From: Eledone cirrhosa
Lineage: Eukaryota
Assembly (NCBI GenBank): GCA_964016885.1
Contig: OZ024762.1
Location: forward strand, 7,006,001-7,070,000
Direction: 5' to 3'
Length of the DNA: 64,000 bases
Both the position numbers and the translations under genes were made by a program. Every line of letters begins with the position of its first letter. The stretch's first letter is position 1. This document shows positions 42,251 to 57,390 of the stretch, one piece after another. The notes beneath the pieces were generated by a model. It saw only the letters and a program-made list of their open reading frames with translations, was not told the DNA's origin and did not search any database.

Positions 42251-43146
42251 CATACACACACATATGTGTGTGTATGTATGTATGAAAGTATAAAGTGTTA
42301 TATTTTGCCAGAGAGCGCCATGTGAGATTACTCTGAATTGGATGGTATATATATATATATATATAAAAATATATATATATATACACACATACATATGTAC
42401 GCACGCACATATATATAAACATATGTGTGTATATTATCAGTGAACACAACAGGAGAAGATGACTTTTGATAGTATAAAAGGTTTATTGGATAAGTTGATG
42501 AGCTCAGTTTCTACTTCACTGACTCTCGATCTGGCACAGAGACACACTTCAAATACACAGCTAATCTGTTTAGAATGTGAAATCTCTTTCTTCACCAGTC
42601 TTAACAGATACACTTACTTTACACTTATAACTACACTTACTTTACACTTATAACTACACTTAGAGTCCTGTTGTAGAGAAGGCCCACAGACAATGAGAAT
42701 TTCTTGTCTCTAGTGATATGTATTATGTTTTTAGAGAATACTTTTAATAAGAAACTATATTGAATGGAAGTAGACTGGAAAACCCACCCCACTACTTATG
42801 TACACACACATGCAGGCACACACACACATGCAAGTTCATGCACATGCACACACACACACACACATCTGTCAGACACACATACTAACACACACACACACAC
42901 ACATCTGTCAGACACACATACTAACACACACACACACACAACACACATCTCTGCCAGACACATACTAATACACACACACACATACTAGCGCACACACAGA
43001 CATCACCAACAACACACACAACACCCCTACACACACAACACCCCTACACACACAGCCCCACCTACACACACAAATGCATCATAATATGCAACCCATACCC
43101 CTCACTGCACGTCCGCCTCCCTTCCCCACCCTCTGCTACCATCTCT

Positions 43147-43186
<40 letters not shown>

Positions 43187-43432
43187 CTAATTTTATTTTA
43201 ACAGACTTTTATATATTTTTTAACTTTATTTTCTTTGCACTTTTCCTTTTGTGTTTTTCTTGATGAAGGGCAAATACCTGATATGTCGACTATGTAACTC
43301 ACTCTTCTTCCTCCAAGCGTTAAACTAATACACTTAATGTTATTGCATCTTCCTGTTCATTTCTTGTTTCCTTGATTTATATATATATATAATATAAATA
43401 TAAATCAATACACACACAAACACACACGTGTG

Positions 43433-43465
<33 letters not shown>

Positions 43466-43466
<1 letters not shown>

Positions 43467-43820
43467 GAAGTTATATTTAATTTGTTGGGATTCAACAAGC
43501 TTAAAAGTTTTATAACTGATATAAAGCACTCAACAGTTTACTGGCGTAAATATTCAATATATTAATAAATGTTGACATACCCTTTTCTAAGGGTATGTCA
43601 ACATTTATAAACAAATTTTGTATTTTATCTGATGAAAGCGCACCAAAACTGCCTTGGTTGCCCTTGAAATATATATAAAATAAAATAATTATGGTTTTAT
43701 AAATATAGTTTCCATTTATTAATATATTGAATATTTACTCCAGAAGAAATACTGTTGAGTGCTTCTAATTTGTTATAAATAAATTTGTTGAATAACCAAC
43801 AAATTAAATAACTCTTTGCT
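43466..43820 (+). mobile_element. Family A element with both termini, junction hairpin and HHR (43621-43686)
   Basis: Inverted terminal arms and an 18-bp hairpin AAATGTTGACATACCCTT/AAGGGTATGTCAACATTT at the junction. HHR core intact at 43629-43635 and 43666-43677. Confidence 0.75.
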
Positions 43821-44097
43821 TTTATATATATATATATATATACATACATACATGCATATATATATATATATATATGGACATATATATATATATGTACATA
43901 TATATATATGAAAAAGTGAGTCCTTCATCAGTGACCCTCCAACCGTCCTCGGCATTTCATCGCTTTAAGGGCCAAATGCCTCAGGTATATATATATATAT
44001 ATATATACATACATGCATATATATATATATGGACATATATATAAATATAAACATACATACATGCATATATATATATATATATATGGACATATATATA

Positions 44098-44135
<38 letters not shown>

Positions 44136-44467
44136 CATGCATATATATATATATGGACATATATATAAATATAAACATACATACATGCATATATATATGT
44201 ATGTATATATATATATGTATATATATATGTATATATATATATAGTTTAGGGATTATAATGGGAAGTTAGTGTAGGTTCACCAGTGAGCAGTTGATGTGTA
44301 ATTACATCCTTTCCAGTCTGTACTGCGGGGCTGTAACAGTAATAATAAGGGAGGGGGTGTCAAAATATCGTTAAGTTTTCTCAGGTGTGACATATGTTTC
44401 ACAATTGATCAAGGTTTGATCTCTATCGATTGGGTCAACTCTGAAATCAAAAGCTCATCAGAATATC

Positions 44468-44555
<88 letters not shown>

Positions 44556-44562
44556 TACACAC

Positions 44563-44610
<48 letters not shown>

Positions 44611-44616
44611 ATGTAT

Positions 44617-44711
44617 ATCTGTCTGTCTGCCTGTCTGTCTGTCTGCCTCTCTGTCTGCCTGTCTTCATGTCTGTCTGTCTATCTGTCTGCCTGTCTATCT
44701 CTCTGTCTGCC

Positions 44712-44748
<37 letters not shown>

Positions 44749-44855
44749 GCCTCTCTGTCTGTCTGCCTCTCTGTCTGTCTGTCTGTCTGCCTGTCTGTCT
44801 GTCTGCCTGTCTGCATGCCTGTCTGCCTGTCTGCATGTCTGTCTGCATGTCTGCC

Positions 44856-44902
<47 letters not shown>

Positions 44903-45760
44903 GTGTCTGTCTGCATGTCTGCCTGTCTGTCTGTCTGTCTGTCTGTGTGTCTGTCTGCCTGTCTGCCTGCCTGCCTGTCTATCTGTCTGTCTATCTGTCT
45001 GTGCGTCTGTCATTCTTGTCATGTCATGTCTATCTCTTGTTCTGTATTGTTCACTGAACAACACAGTTAGTCTCCTACTTCTTCATGCTAAGCTGCAATT
45101 GAAATGTCTTAGTAATGATCAGCATCCATCCACCCCACCCCCACCCCCATCCACCCTGTGACCCAGTCAGCCACCCTGCCATCCAGCCAGCTATCCATCC
45201 ATCTGCCCTACCATCCACCCAACCCAGCCAGCTACTCATCCATCCATCTCCACACACACCCAACGATCCATCCACCCTACCACCCACCTATTCTTCTATA
45301 CATCTACCCTGCTACCCAGCCATCCAACCACCCAAATATACACCCAGCCACTCAACCAGCCATCTACCCACCCAGCCATCCAACCACCCAGCCATCTACC
45401 CACCCAGTCATCTACCCACCCAGTCATCTACCCAGCCCAGCCATCTTCCCACCCAGCCATCTACCCAGCCACCCAGCCATCTACCCACCCAGCCATCTAC
45501 CCACCCAGCCATCTACCCACCCACCCATCTACCCACCCACCCATCTACCCACCCACCCATCTACCCACCCAGCCATCTACCCACCCAGCCATCTACCCAC
45601 CCACCCAGCCATCTACCCACCCACCCATCTACCCACCCAGCCATCTACCCACCCACCCATCTACCCACCCAGCCATCCAACCACCCAGCCATCTACCCAC
45701 CCACCCATCTACCCACCCAGCCATCTACCCACCCAGCCATCTACCCACCCAGCCAGCCAG
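44617..45760. repeat. (TCTG)n tract followed by a (CCAT/CCAC/CCAG)-based array
   Basis: 44617-45000 and 45120-45760. Confidence 0.9.
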
Positions 45761-46141
45761 TCAAACCAATGTTTGGATGTAGAGAAGTTGTTCTCAGCCA
45801 TTCTAAACATCTGTTGCCTGTTGTCACAGCACACTTCATCTCCTTCCAACAGCAACAACAACAGCAACAACATAACTATGTCCATTCCTTATGACATGCC
45901 AACCATAATACATACCATCCTGGTCTTCTGTTGGTGTGTACACACACATATACACATATATACATATATATATATACACATATACACACATATATATATA
46001 CACATATATACACATACATATATATACACATATACACACACATATATACATATATATATACACATATACACACATATATATATACACATATATACACATA
46101 CATACATATATATACACATATACACACACATATATACACAC

Positions 46142-46172
<31 letters not shown>

Positions 46173-47149
46173 TACACATATATACACACACACATATATG
46201 CACACATATATACACACATATATGCACACATATATATACACACATATATATATATATATATACACATATATACACATACATACATATATATACACATATA
46301 CACACACATATATACACACATATATATATATACACATATATATACATATATACACACACATATATATACACATATATGCACATATATATATACACACATA
46401 TATATATATATATATACACATATATACACATATATACACATACATAAATATATACACAAATATACACATATATATATATACACATATATACACACACATA
46501 TATATACACATATATATATATATACACATATATACACATATATACACACACATATATATATACACATATATGCACATATATATATACACATATATATACA
46601 CACATATATACACATATATACACACATATATATATACACATACACATATATACTCACACACACTGGTTAAACTAATTTTCATTCTTTTGTTAAGGGCAAA
46701 ACATTCTTTCTTTAAAACAAATATTTTCTTTTTTTTTTCTTGTCTTTTTTCGCGGGTGTTTTAGGTCCGTTGCATTTTTGGTTGGGTTCCTTACAATCTT
46801 TGTCTCCTTTATTTCATGTTGTTGTTGAGTCTCTAGTTATCTTTCTTCTTTTTCTTCTTTTTCTTCTTTTTCTTCTCTCCTTCCCTCCCCCCTCTGCCCC
46901 CTAATCTGCCTCATTAAAATACCAATGCATCCATTGAGTCCATTTACAGGACATAATGTCTTCTCTCTGTGGACAGAAAGAGAGAAAATCCTAGAAAAGC
47001 TCATGTGAAAAGCAGCAACAAGTTAAGGGACTAACGGCTGTTTCTTACTAATGAACCGACTTAACTTAATGCTGGAAAGTAATCCCTTCTAGGTTAGTGG
47101 GGGGAGTGGTGGTCGATGGTTTAGTGTATACATCTATCTCTCTTTCTCG

Positions 47150-47182
<33 letters not shown>

Positions 47183-47270
47183 GCGATGATGGTTGGAAAA
47201 TCACTGACGAAGGACTATTTTTATCATATGTAACCCATGTGCAAACCACGCAGTATTCTTCTTTCTTCTC

Positions 47271-47330
<60 letters not shown>

Positions 47331-47480
47331 AAATGTATATATACATATATAAAATGTATATATATATATATATGTATGTATATATCTATTTCTATATGTA
47401 TGTATGTATCTATCTATCTATATATGTATATATATATATGTGTGTATATATATATATATATATGTGTGTATATATATATA

Positions 47481-47635
<155 letters not shown>

Positions 47636-47644
47636 GTGAGGTTT

Positions 47645-47920
47645 TTTTTTTACAAAATGAAAAATAACCGAGGTGTCCTACACGAGTGAAAGTATAAAGA
47701 AAAAAAGATGAAATCGAAAATGCAACCGGAGTCTTATTTTTTTTTTAAATATATATATTTATTTGGTTCCTTTACTGGTTTCGCAGTTCTTCTGCTTTTC
47801 AAAAGTAGAGTAGAGATGGAGGGTTTGTGGTTTTTCTCACATCTGTGAGAAGGAACCAAATAAATATATATATTTTAAAAAAAAATAAGACTCCAGTTGC
47901 ATTTTCGATTTCATCTTTTT

Positions 47921-47925
<5 letters not shown>
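47645..47925 (-). mobile_element. Fold-back element, family G, with degenerate HHR (47770-47805)
   Basis: ~75-bp inverted arms. - strand CTT-TTGAAAA-GCAG AAGAA CTGC-GAA-ACCAGT-A-AAG (two core substitutions). Confidence 0.55.
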
Positions 47926-47986
<61 letters not shown>

Positions 47987-48164
47987 GTGTGTAGAATCAT
48001 CAGTACATTCTGCCCTCCCCTGTATCACGAAAAGAGAAAAAACTTTTCCAGAAAGTTTTTTAAGTTTTCAATGTTTTCAAGATTTTATAGATTTTTATGT
48101 CGTCTGAAGAGCTCAGGCTATCAAAATTGGTAGTCCTCACCAAAATATGTATAAATCTAAATCA

Positions 48165-48214
<50 letters not shown>

Positions 48215-48554
48215 GGTTATATATATAAAATCATACACATATATGCATACATACACACATACATACACATATATGCATACATACACACATCTATTATCTT
48301 TTTATCATTTTCAGTTCTTTCTCTATGAACAAAGTTGGATCCATATATATATCTGCGTGTGTATGTATGTATATATATATATATTTCTATACCTTTCATT
48401 TATATATATATATATATATATTGTAAACCCAAGTTGTGTAGGTGTTTATGTAAATATTTATTTAATTCTTCAGAAATATTTCAGTTTTAAAAAGTTTTTT
48501 TATGTAGAAGAGATTTCCTCCAGCAAAATCAAATTAAAATATACCAGACAAATG

Positions 48555-49088
48555 TCATCATCACCGTTTTACGTCCGTTCTTCCATGCTAGCATGGGTTA
48601 GACGGGTTGTCCTGTTGTGGGCAGTGTCTGGTCGACTGACCATGCCTTGCTCATACAGGAACTGATTATGGCTTGATTTCTACAGCTGGATGTCCTTCCT
48701 AACACCAACCTCATTTACAGTGAGTGCTGGGTGCTTTTTCCGTGGCGCCTACATGTCCACTTTACAGTGTGGACTGGGTGCTTTTTTGCCGTGGCACCTC
48801 CACGACCACCTTGCAGTGGGAGGGTGTGGAGGCATATTGTCTATATGCTTCAGTTTGTACCAATGGGAGGTCGGGTACTCTGTATTACTGCGGGACGCCA
48901 GAGGTCACTGTCGTGTGTCATCGCCTTTGGGAGGTGTAATTCGGTAAGGTCGGCTTTTATCACCTCACCCCAGGTCTTCTTGGGTCTCCCCACTCCGCGG
49001 TTTCCATTGACTTCTAATGCTCTGCACCTTTTTATGCAGCTGTCATCCTTCATACGCATCACATGTCCATACCAACGCAACCGCCTCC
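48555..49088 (-). mobile_element. RTE-clade LINE 3' end (ORF C-terminus, 3' UTR, (GAT)n tail)
   Basis: RRRLRWYGHVMRM...GNRGVGRPKKTW...DSDLWR, ending CATGCTAGCATGGAAGAACGGACGTAAAACGGTGATGATGA. Related 3' tips at ~32375-32422, 41472-41730, 55705-55910 and 59305-59420. Confidence 0.88.
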
Positions 49089-49296
49089 TATATGTACCTA
49101 TATATATATACAAGTAAATATAAATTAATATATATGTATGATGAAACACAAATACCAACATATCTGTGTTTATATTGTAAAAGAAATTAAGTTAGCTAGA
49201 ATGAAATATACTAATTATAATATTACAGTTTGCCTATCTCGATTTAAAATAATAAATCAATAAAAACAAACAGTATTGGCAAATGGCCATGGTGTT

Positions 49297-49327
<31 letters not shown>

Positions 49328-50587
49328 ATATACATGTGTGTGTATATATATATGTGTATATATATGCACACAGAGTTGATAAAATAAAGTACCAGTCAAG
49401 TACTGGGGTCAATTTAATCAACTTACTCTTTACTGAGCAGTATTGGTAGAGTATCGGACAACATACTTTGCTGCTTAGAGTTTACAGTCCTTTACATTCT
49501 GAGTTCATATCCTTTCATCCTTACGGGGGGTCAATAAAATAAAGTAGCAGTAATGCACTGGGGTTGATTTAATCGACTTTCCTTCCCTTCCTTTCAAACT
49601 GCTGGCCTTGTGCTTAAAGAAGAAACAATCATTCTAATTGATATAATTATTATTTATGAAAATAGAGCCATGAAATTATTACATATGTAGTATGTAATTC
49701 AGGTTAACAAAACCAAGAGATTATATAAGTGTGTAATATGGACGGCGGAATGTCAATGGCCTTATTAATGGGGGGGGGGCGACTTGTGGCAATTGGGTGT
49801 ATTTATAGCTTACTATATTCTCTCTTTCTCTCACTGTGTGTATATATATATATATGTATGTATATATATATGTGTGTGTATATGCATGTTAACTTTGCCT
49901 TTCATCCTTACGGGGTCGATAAAATAAAGTACCAGTAATGTACTGGGTAATTGCTGGCCTTGTGCCTAAAGTAGAAACAATTACTCTATACATACTATTG
50001 TATTTTCGTGGTGGCGTTGGTGTTCATAATGGTAGTGGTGGTGGCATTGATTATGGTGATGGTGATGATGTTTGTGGTGATGATGATGATGGCGGTGTTG
50101 GTTATGATTGACATAGTGGCAATGATGATGGTGATGTTTGTGGTGATCGTGGTGGTGGTAGTGATGATGATGGTGATGGTTATGATTGTGGTAGTGGTGG
50201 TGGTAATAGTGGTGATGATGATGGGAGTGATAATAATAATAATGATGATGATGATGACAGAAAAATGTATTAGACTGAAATGAAATAATGAAAATATGTA
50301 AAAATGGTGAAAGTTTCTTATAAAAAAAAAAAAAAACTGATTTTCTGCTTCCATTGTTTCATATGCAACATAGTAATAATAATAATTGTTTCTACTTGAG
50401 GCACAAGGCCAGCAATTTGGGGGACAGGGGGAAAGTCGATTAAATCAACCCCAATGCATTACTGGTACTTTATTTTATCGACCTTGTAAGGATGAAAGGC
50501 AAAGTTAACTTCGGCGGGATTTGAACTCAGACTGTAAAGGGACGTAACTCTATGCTGCAAAGCATGGCTTCTGACTCTCTACATTAA

Positions 50588-50905
50588 AGATTTCCTTATT
50601 GGCCACTAGGGCCGGTATATATGCACAATACAATGGACGGGGACAGTGGGGCAGACGGGTGGGGTTACAATAAGATGAGGTGAAAAAAAAAACAAATTGA
50701 CAAAAACAATTAAAACAATAAAATTACAAAAATTACAAAAATGTCCCCCAATAGGGAGAAGAACCACCCAGGAGTGACTCAGGTACCCCATCAATCCTGA
50801 ACCACCTGACACTTCAAGGGCACCCAGGGAAGGGCATCCCCTCCACCTCAAATCAGGCGCATGTTCAGAGTAGGCCCATTTACATGGGCCATTCTCGCCA
50901 CATTT
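50588..50905 (-). mobile_element. L1/Tx1-like LINE 3' end
   Basis: - strand NVARMAHVNGPTLNMRL*, then a UTR sharing CTCCCTATTGGGG and CCCTAGTGGCCAATAAGGAAAT with the 8880-9220 family. Confidence 0.45.
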
Positions 50906-51217
50906 AGAGAGAGAGAGAGAGAGGGGGGGCAGAGAGAAAGAGAGGGGGACGGAGAGGGGGGGGCAGAGAGAAAGAGAGAGGGGGGCAGAGAGGGGGGAGA
51001 GAGGGAGAGAGAGGGACAGAGAGAGAGAGAGGGGGGCAGAGAGGGGGGGAAGAGAGGGAGAGAGAGAGATGAAGAATTTGCAATGTTTACTTGGCAGAGA
51101 ACTGTTTACTATTGCTTACACACAACTGTCTCTGCAATAGAATGATACCCCTCACCCCCCATCCCGTCCCACCCCACTCCCCATTGGGAGAAGCTGTGGT
51201 AATGGAGAGGTGGAGAC

Positions 51218-51895
51218 GGTGGGGTGGTGGTGCTGATGGTTGTGATGGTGATGGTGGCTGTCTCAGTGGTGGTGGTGGTGGCTGTGATGATGGTGGTGGT
51301 GGTGGTGGCTGTGGTGGTGGTGGTGCTGATGGTTGTGATGGTGGTGGTGGTGGCTGTGGTGGTGGTGGTGCTGATGGTTGTGATGGTGATGGTGGCTGTC
51401 TTAGTGGTAGCGATGGTGGTGATGACTGTGGTGGCTGTGTTGGTGGTGATGGTGGTGGTGATGGTGGTGGTGGTGGTTGTGGTGGTGGTGGCGGTGATGG
51501 TGGCTGTGGTGGTGGTGGTGGCTGTGATGGTGGTGGTGGTAGTGATGGTGGTGGTGGCTGTGATGGTGGCTGTGGTGGTGGTGGTTGTAGTGATGGTGGC
51601 TGTGGTGGTGGTTGTGGTGGTGGTGGCTGTGGTGGTGGTGGTAGTGATGGTGGTGGTGGCTGTGATGGTAGTTGTGGTAGTGGTGGTGGTGGTGGCTGTG
51701 GTGGTGGCTGTGGTGGTGGTGGTGGCTGTGGTGGTGGCTGTGGTGGTGGTGGTGGTGGTTGTGGTGGTGGTAGTGGTGGTGGTGGTGGCTGTGGTGGTGG
51801 TGGCTGTGATGGTGGTAGTGATGGTGATGGTGGCTGTGGTGGTGGTGGCTGTGGTGGTGGTGGCTGTGGTGGTGGCTGTGGTGGTGGTAGTGGTA
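51218..51895. repeat. (GGT)n-derived trinucleotide array
   Basis: GGT with GGC/TGT/GAT variants; similar reverse tract at 62695-62952. Confidence 0.9.
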
Positions 51896-52057
51896 GAAGT
51901 GGGAGTATCTAATTTACTGTTCTTTCACATCCCCTCCCTTTCTGTTTTTGTTGTTTTTATTTTATTTTGTTACTACTATGTCACCTAGATAGACAAACAC
52001 ATTAGCTTGTAAACATACACACATACATGCTTAGAAATACATACACACAGCAATATG

Positions 52058-52091
<34 letters not shown>

Positions 52092-52902
52092 CAGACATAT
52101 ATATATATATGCATATATGCATACCTACACACGAACATACACATATACATACATACACATACATAGAAACACCACATAGTGCATAGATACATGCATTCAT
52201 GCATGCATACTTGCATACATGCATACACACAGAAACACTCACATACATAAAATCAAGCACTCACTCACATACACACAAATACAAACATTCATACACATAC
52301 ACAAATATACACTCACTCACTCACACACAAGGACACATATACACAGACATATATTCACACACACATACACACTCTCACATATAGACAGAATAAGTTCTTA
52401 TAATCAACTGCAGGGGATAAGAAAAAGGTGTTTGTGTGTGTGTTTGTGAGTCGAGTGTATGTTTGTGTGTATGTGAGTGTGTGTGTGCATGCATACGTGC
52501 TTGTGTGTGTGCGTGCTTGTGTATGTATGTGAGTGTGTGTGTGTGCTTGTGGATGTGCATGCACGCATGCTTGTGTGTGTTTGTGTGTGCGTGCTTGAGT
52601 GTGCGTGTGTGCTTGTGTGCTTGTGTGTGAGTGTGTGCATGTGTGTGTGTGCATGTGTGTGTTTGTGTGTTTGTTTGCGTGTGTTTGTGTATGTTTGTAT
52701 GCTTGTGAGTGTGTTTGTGTGTGTGTGTATGTGTGCTTGTGTATGTGCATTGTGTGTGTTTGTGTACTTGTGTATGTGTGTTTGTGTCTGAGGGAAAAAA
52801 ACTTTAAAATCCCACAAAATTGTTTAATGGAATAATAAATATATCAACAGTTATGAAAATATAAAAATTGTGACATTTAAAAAAAATTAAAATTTTATAT
52901 CA

Positions 52903-53040
52903 GCATAGGCATGGCTGTGTGGTTAAGGAGTTTACCTCGCAACCACAAGGTTTAGGGTTCAATCCCACAGCATGGTAGACATACTTTAGGCATGTGTTTT
53001 CTGCTGTAGCCACAGGTTGAAGAGTTAATTACTTTGTGAG
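52903..53040 (+). mobile_element. Third tRNA-derived SINE family
   Basis: GGCATGGCTGTGTGGTTAAG...GGGTTCAATCCC; reverse copy at ~37520-37675. Confidence 0.7.
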
Positions 53041-53217
53041 AAAAATTTTGCTGACAATTTATAAAGTGGTAGTGCTGGTGCATTGAAAAAGTGCATAGAG
53101 GGCAAAAAAAAAAAAAAAATTATCTACTAAATCCATTGTTAGGTGGTGTCCCAGCATGGTTATATTTAACATATACTGTAATGTGGCTGTTTGCTTGTAA
53201 ATAAAACAAATATTAAT

Positions 53218-53532
53218 AATTGTTTCTACTTTAGGCACAAGGCCAGCAATTACCCAGTGCATTACTGGTACTTTATTTTATCAACCCCGTAAGGATGAAA
53301 GGCAAAGTCTCAACCTCGGCGGGATATATTAATAATATTATGATATTATACAGGTGGTGGATTAGCAGTATTGGTAGAGGATCGGATGTCATGCTTTGCA
53401 GCACTGAGTTATGGCCGAGTTCAAATCCCGCCGAGGTTAACTTTGCCTTTCATCCTTACAGGGTCAATAAAATAAAGCACCAGTAATACACTGGGGTGAT
53501 TGCTGGCCTTGTGCCAAAAGTTGAAACAATTA
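53218..53532. mobile_element. Inverted pair of dominant-family SINEs
   Basis: 53218-53325 (-) and 53352-53532 (+). Confidence 0.85.
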
Positions 53533-54284
53533 TTATGATATAACTGAAAATATCAGATTTGTTAATTCAAATGTTTAGAGTATCTTTATTAGTGGACAGA
53601 TTATTGTGAAAAATTACAGTGTTAGTATGACTTTAGTTTTAAATGCAATGCAATCATAGTGCTGTTTTTTTACTGTTCAAGAATGCATTGCTAATGAGAT
53701 TTTATGCGCTTTGTTAATTCAAATGTTTATACTATCTTTATGGTTGGTCCAATTATTGTAAAAATGTGCAATATTAGAGTAAAGACATTAAACATTGTGA
53801 TGCAGTCATAGTGTAGTCTTATATATTCAAGAAAAGTTTGCTAATGTGATTTCATGGGGTACAGGACATTGAGTTAATGACTGAAACAAGCAAAAATATT
53901 TTTTAAAAGAAAAAAATTTAAGAATTCTTGAAATTAAAATTGTTTGTAAGCATTTATTTTTGTATTTTTATTGAAGACTTTGTTTTCAGTTTAAGCTGGG
54001 ATTTTTTTTTTGTTTTTTTTCTCATTAGCATAATTTGTGAAGCTTTAATAATATAATTAGTTGGTTGAGATGTTTGACAGTTTTGGCAATTTTAGAACCA
54101 TTTCCCATAGTGTCATTAATGTGATGGCAACTATGAATGAATTAACAGATGTTATTGCAGAAGAATTTAGAGATACAAACAAATTTTAGTGACCTCATCT
54201 TCAACTAACATGAAAAAAATAACAATGATGATGATGATGATGATAAGATGATGATGATAACAACAAAACAATAATAATAATAAT

Positions 54285-54778
54285 AATGGTTTCTGATTTA
54301 AGCACATGGCCAACAATTTTGAGGGCAGGGGAAAACCTATTAAATCGACACCAGTGCATTACTGGTGCCTTATTTTATCAACACTGTTAGGATGAAACGT
54401 AAAGCTAACCTCGGTGGGATTTGAACTCAGAAGATAAAGGGATGTAACTCTATGCTGTTAAGCATGTTGTCCGATGCTCTGCTGATACTGTCAATCCACT
54501 GCCCTAATAGTAATTGTTTCTACTTTTGGCACAAGGCCAGCAATTATCCCAGTGCATTACTGGTACTTTATTTTATCGACCCCCGTAAGAATGAAAGGCA
54601 AAATTAACCTCAGAGGGATTTGAACTCAGTCCGTAAAGGGACGTAACTATTTGGAGAGAGGGGAAATTTGAGGAGAGGGGAAAGTCAATTAAATTTACCC
54701 CAGTGCATTACTGGTACTTTATTTTATCGAGCCCGTAAGGATGAAAGGCAAAGCTAACCACAGTGTGATTTGAACTCC
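54285..54778 (-). mobile_element. Three tandem dominant-family SINEs
   Basis: 54285-54506, 54512-54650 and 54665-54778. Confidence 0.8.
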
Positions 54779-55931
54779 TACATGACATACAGAATTAAGA
54801 ACCTTGCTTTCATAAAGACAATGAAACCTTGTTAAGTTAGTTATATTCTGTTCTAAGTCGAAAGCTCATCTCTGTAGTATTAAGCGACTGAGAGTAAAAG
54901 ATTCTACCTGGACAGGATACTAGTCTATTGTAGGATTAACTCCCCAGCTACTGCTGATACTCCCTCTCATCTGAGTGTACTGGTGCAATGTAAAATAAAG
55001 TGTTTTGTTCAAGAACACAATTCAGCACCTTGTTCAGGGATTGAACCAATGTCCTTATGATCATAATTCCAGCATCTTTACCACTAGCCAGTAGTTATCT
55101 ATTGACCACTACAACCACTATACTTATCCACCATCTCCACCACATCCACCACCACCACCATCAACACCACAGTAAATCTAATCAATGCTCTGGAAGTAAT
55201 AATGACATCCAACAGGATTATATTCCATAATTAAAGAAAGTACCGTTACATTCAGCTATGATATATATCGGGTGTTTGTGAGTGGGCTTAAACTACTCCC
55301 AGGAGGACCACAGAAGCAATAAATCTAACAACATACCACCACATACCATCACTGAGCTCTGAAGAACTGCAATATCTCTTAACAGTGATGTAGGCTGCTG
55401 TAAATGAGTAAATGACAGACATAATCACAGAGAGAGAGAGAGAGAGAGTGGGGGGGGGGAGCCATGTTAGTTAGGGTATTTTTGTTGTTTTTGTTGTTGC
55501 TTTTATTTTTCAATGTTTGCCTATGTGAAACAGATGCTAGCTTTAGTTAGATCACAGTAGATACACATGTAAATATTAATTGATTCTGATTAAATATTTT
55601 ATCTACTTTAATAATATTAATGTTTTGTCACAGCACATTATATGTGTGTAGAATGTCTACTTTAGCTATCAGAGCTTCCAAATATTACTGTATAAAATGT
55701 GTATATCATCATCATCATTTTCCATGCTAGCATGGAATAGACAGGTTGTCCCATTGTGAGACAAGTCAGATCAGGTGACCATGTCTTTCTCACACAGAAA
55801 CCTTTTTTGGTATAGTTTCTACAGCTGGATGTCTTTCCCAATAGCAACCACATGTACAGTGTGGACTGAGTGCCTTTTATCATGGCAACAAAGTGACCCC
55901 TTTACAGTGTGGAATATATGAATATTTATAA

Positions 55932-55964
<33 letters not shown>

Positions 55965-56153
55965 TTCTTTATTAGCCACAGGGGCACAAAAGAAGGGGAC
56001 AAATACAAAGGGGGAAGTTTACATACAATAAAAACGTGTAAAATGTTATCACAAATGCAATTTAAAAAGTTAGTCGATTTTCCCCAATAGAGGGAGACAG
56101 TTTATATGGGTAACACATACCCCCGAAAAAAAATGTGCAACCCTCATCTCCAG

Positions 56154-56395
56154 TATGTAATAAACAACATAAGGCAATTATTCCATTTACCAGGGGTTTT
56201 TAAAATCCAAATTCAATAAACAGACCAGAATTTTTTCATTCTGAGGTTTGAAAGCAACACTTTTTGCTTTTAAGAAACCACTGGTAAATGGAATAATTGC
56301 CTTATGTTGTTTATTACATAACTATTAAGCTCTGTTACCTACATAGAGCACTCTTTTTTCCTGGACTTTTCCGACGGAATTACTTCATTTACACA
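56154..56395 (+). mobile_element. Fold-back HHR element, family F; HHR at 56234-56293 has one core substitution
   Basis: TTTCATT-CTGAGGT-TTGAAAGCAA/TTGCTTTTAA-GAA-ACCACTGGT-A-AATGGAA (A9 replaced by T). Short inverted arm at 56154-56205. Confidence 0.7.
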
Positions 56396-56556
56396 TATAT
56401 ATATATTAAACGAAGAAGTATACATTTCTCTACATGAGTATAGATACAAGTCTAGATACATACACAGTGTCCAACTTATACTGAGTTTGGTTCTATGAAA
56501 GAGTTAATAAAATTAATAGATTCAGAGCCTAATAAAATCAAATATCGGAAATATAT

Positions 56557-56612
<56 letters not shown>

Positions 56613-56614
<2 letters not shown>

Positions 56615-57071
56615 CAAAGATTAATATGGTTCATTGATTACTCAATGAATATAGTTTTACAATAGATTAAAAGCACTCAACAAAGAAGTTTTCTGGAGTT
56701 ATTAATATTATTCAAAATATTAATAAATGAAGACTTCACATAATCAAAATATATGTTTTATTATATATATTTCGGAGGTACTGTGCTGTTTTTTCAGTAC
56801 GTCCTCATCAGATAAAATATATGAATTGATGTATGACATACCTCAACTGTCTTGGTGGTTCAATTCCAGTATTGGCAGTACTGGAATTGAACCATTCAAT
56901 TCCAGAACTGCCAATACTGGAATTGAACCACCAAGACAGTTGAGGTATGTCATACATCAATTCATATATTTTATCTGATGAGGACGTACTGAAAAAACAG
57001 CACAGTACCTCCGAAATATATATAATAAAACATATTTTGATTATGTGAAGTCTTCATTTATTAATATTTTG

Positions 57072-57080
<9 letters not shown>
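56613..57080 (-). mobile_element. Fold-back HHR element, family C (~190-bp near-perfect palindrome arms)
   Basis: Palindrome ~56705-57080 centred on CCA (56892-56894); (TA)n flanks. Confidence 0.85.
56964..57035 (+). ncRNA. Type I hammerhead ribozyme, family C (mirror on - strand at ~56751-56822)
   Basis: TTTTAT-CTGATGA-GGA C GTACTG..CAGTAC C TCC-GAA-ATATATAT-A-ATAAAA, with canonical G10.1-C11.1. Confidence 0.85.
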
Positions 57081-57118
<38 letters not shown>

Positions 57119-57390
57119 ATATATATTATATATATATAACGTGATGAGTGGAGAGATGTTGTGCTGAAAAGGATCGATCCAACCCAAACAAACATGGGAA
57201 AACAGGCGTAAAATTGATTATGATGATGATATATGTATATACTTGTTAGTTAATCAAGCGATACTGGTGTACACAGGATAAAGCATTCAACAAAGTATAC
57301 ATATAAGTCTGTGTACTCCAGAGTATTGGAATTACAATGAAGTAGAAGTCAATAGCTTATAATTTACTCAATTTTATTGCGTACACAATT

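Noticed and set aside
51091-51912. 273-aa Gly/Cys-rich ORF resembling a structural protein
   Set aside because: It is a (GGT)n-derived array open in more than one frame, with a TTG start and no signal peptide. A similar tract occurs reversed at 62695-62952.
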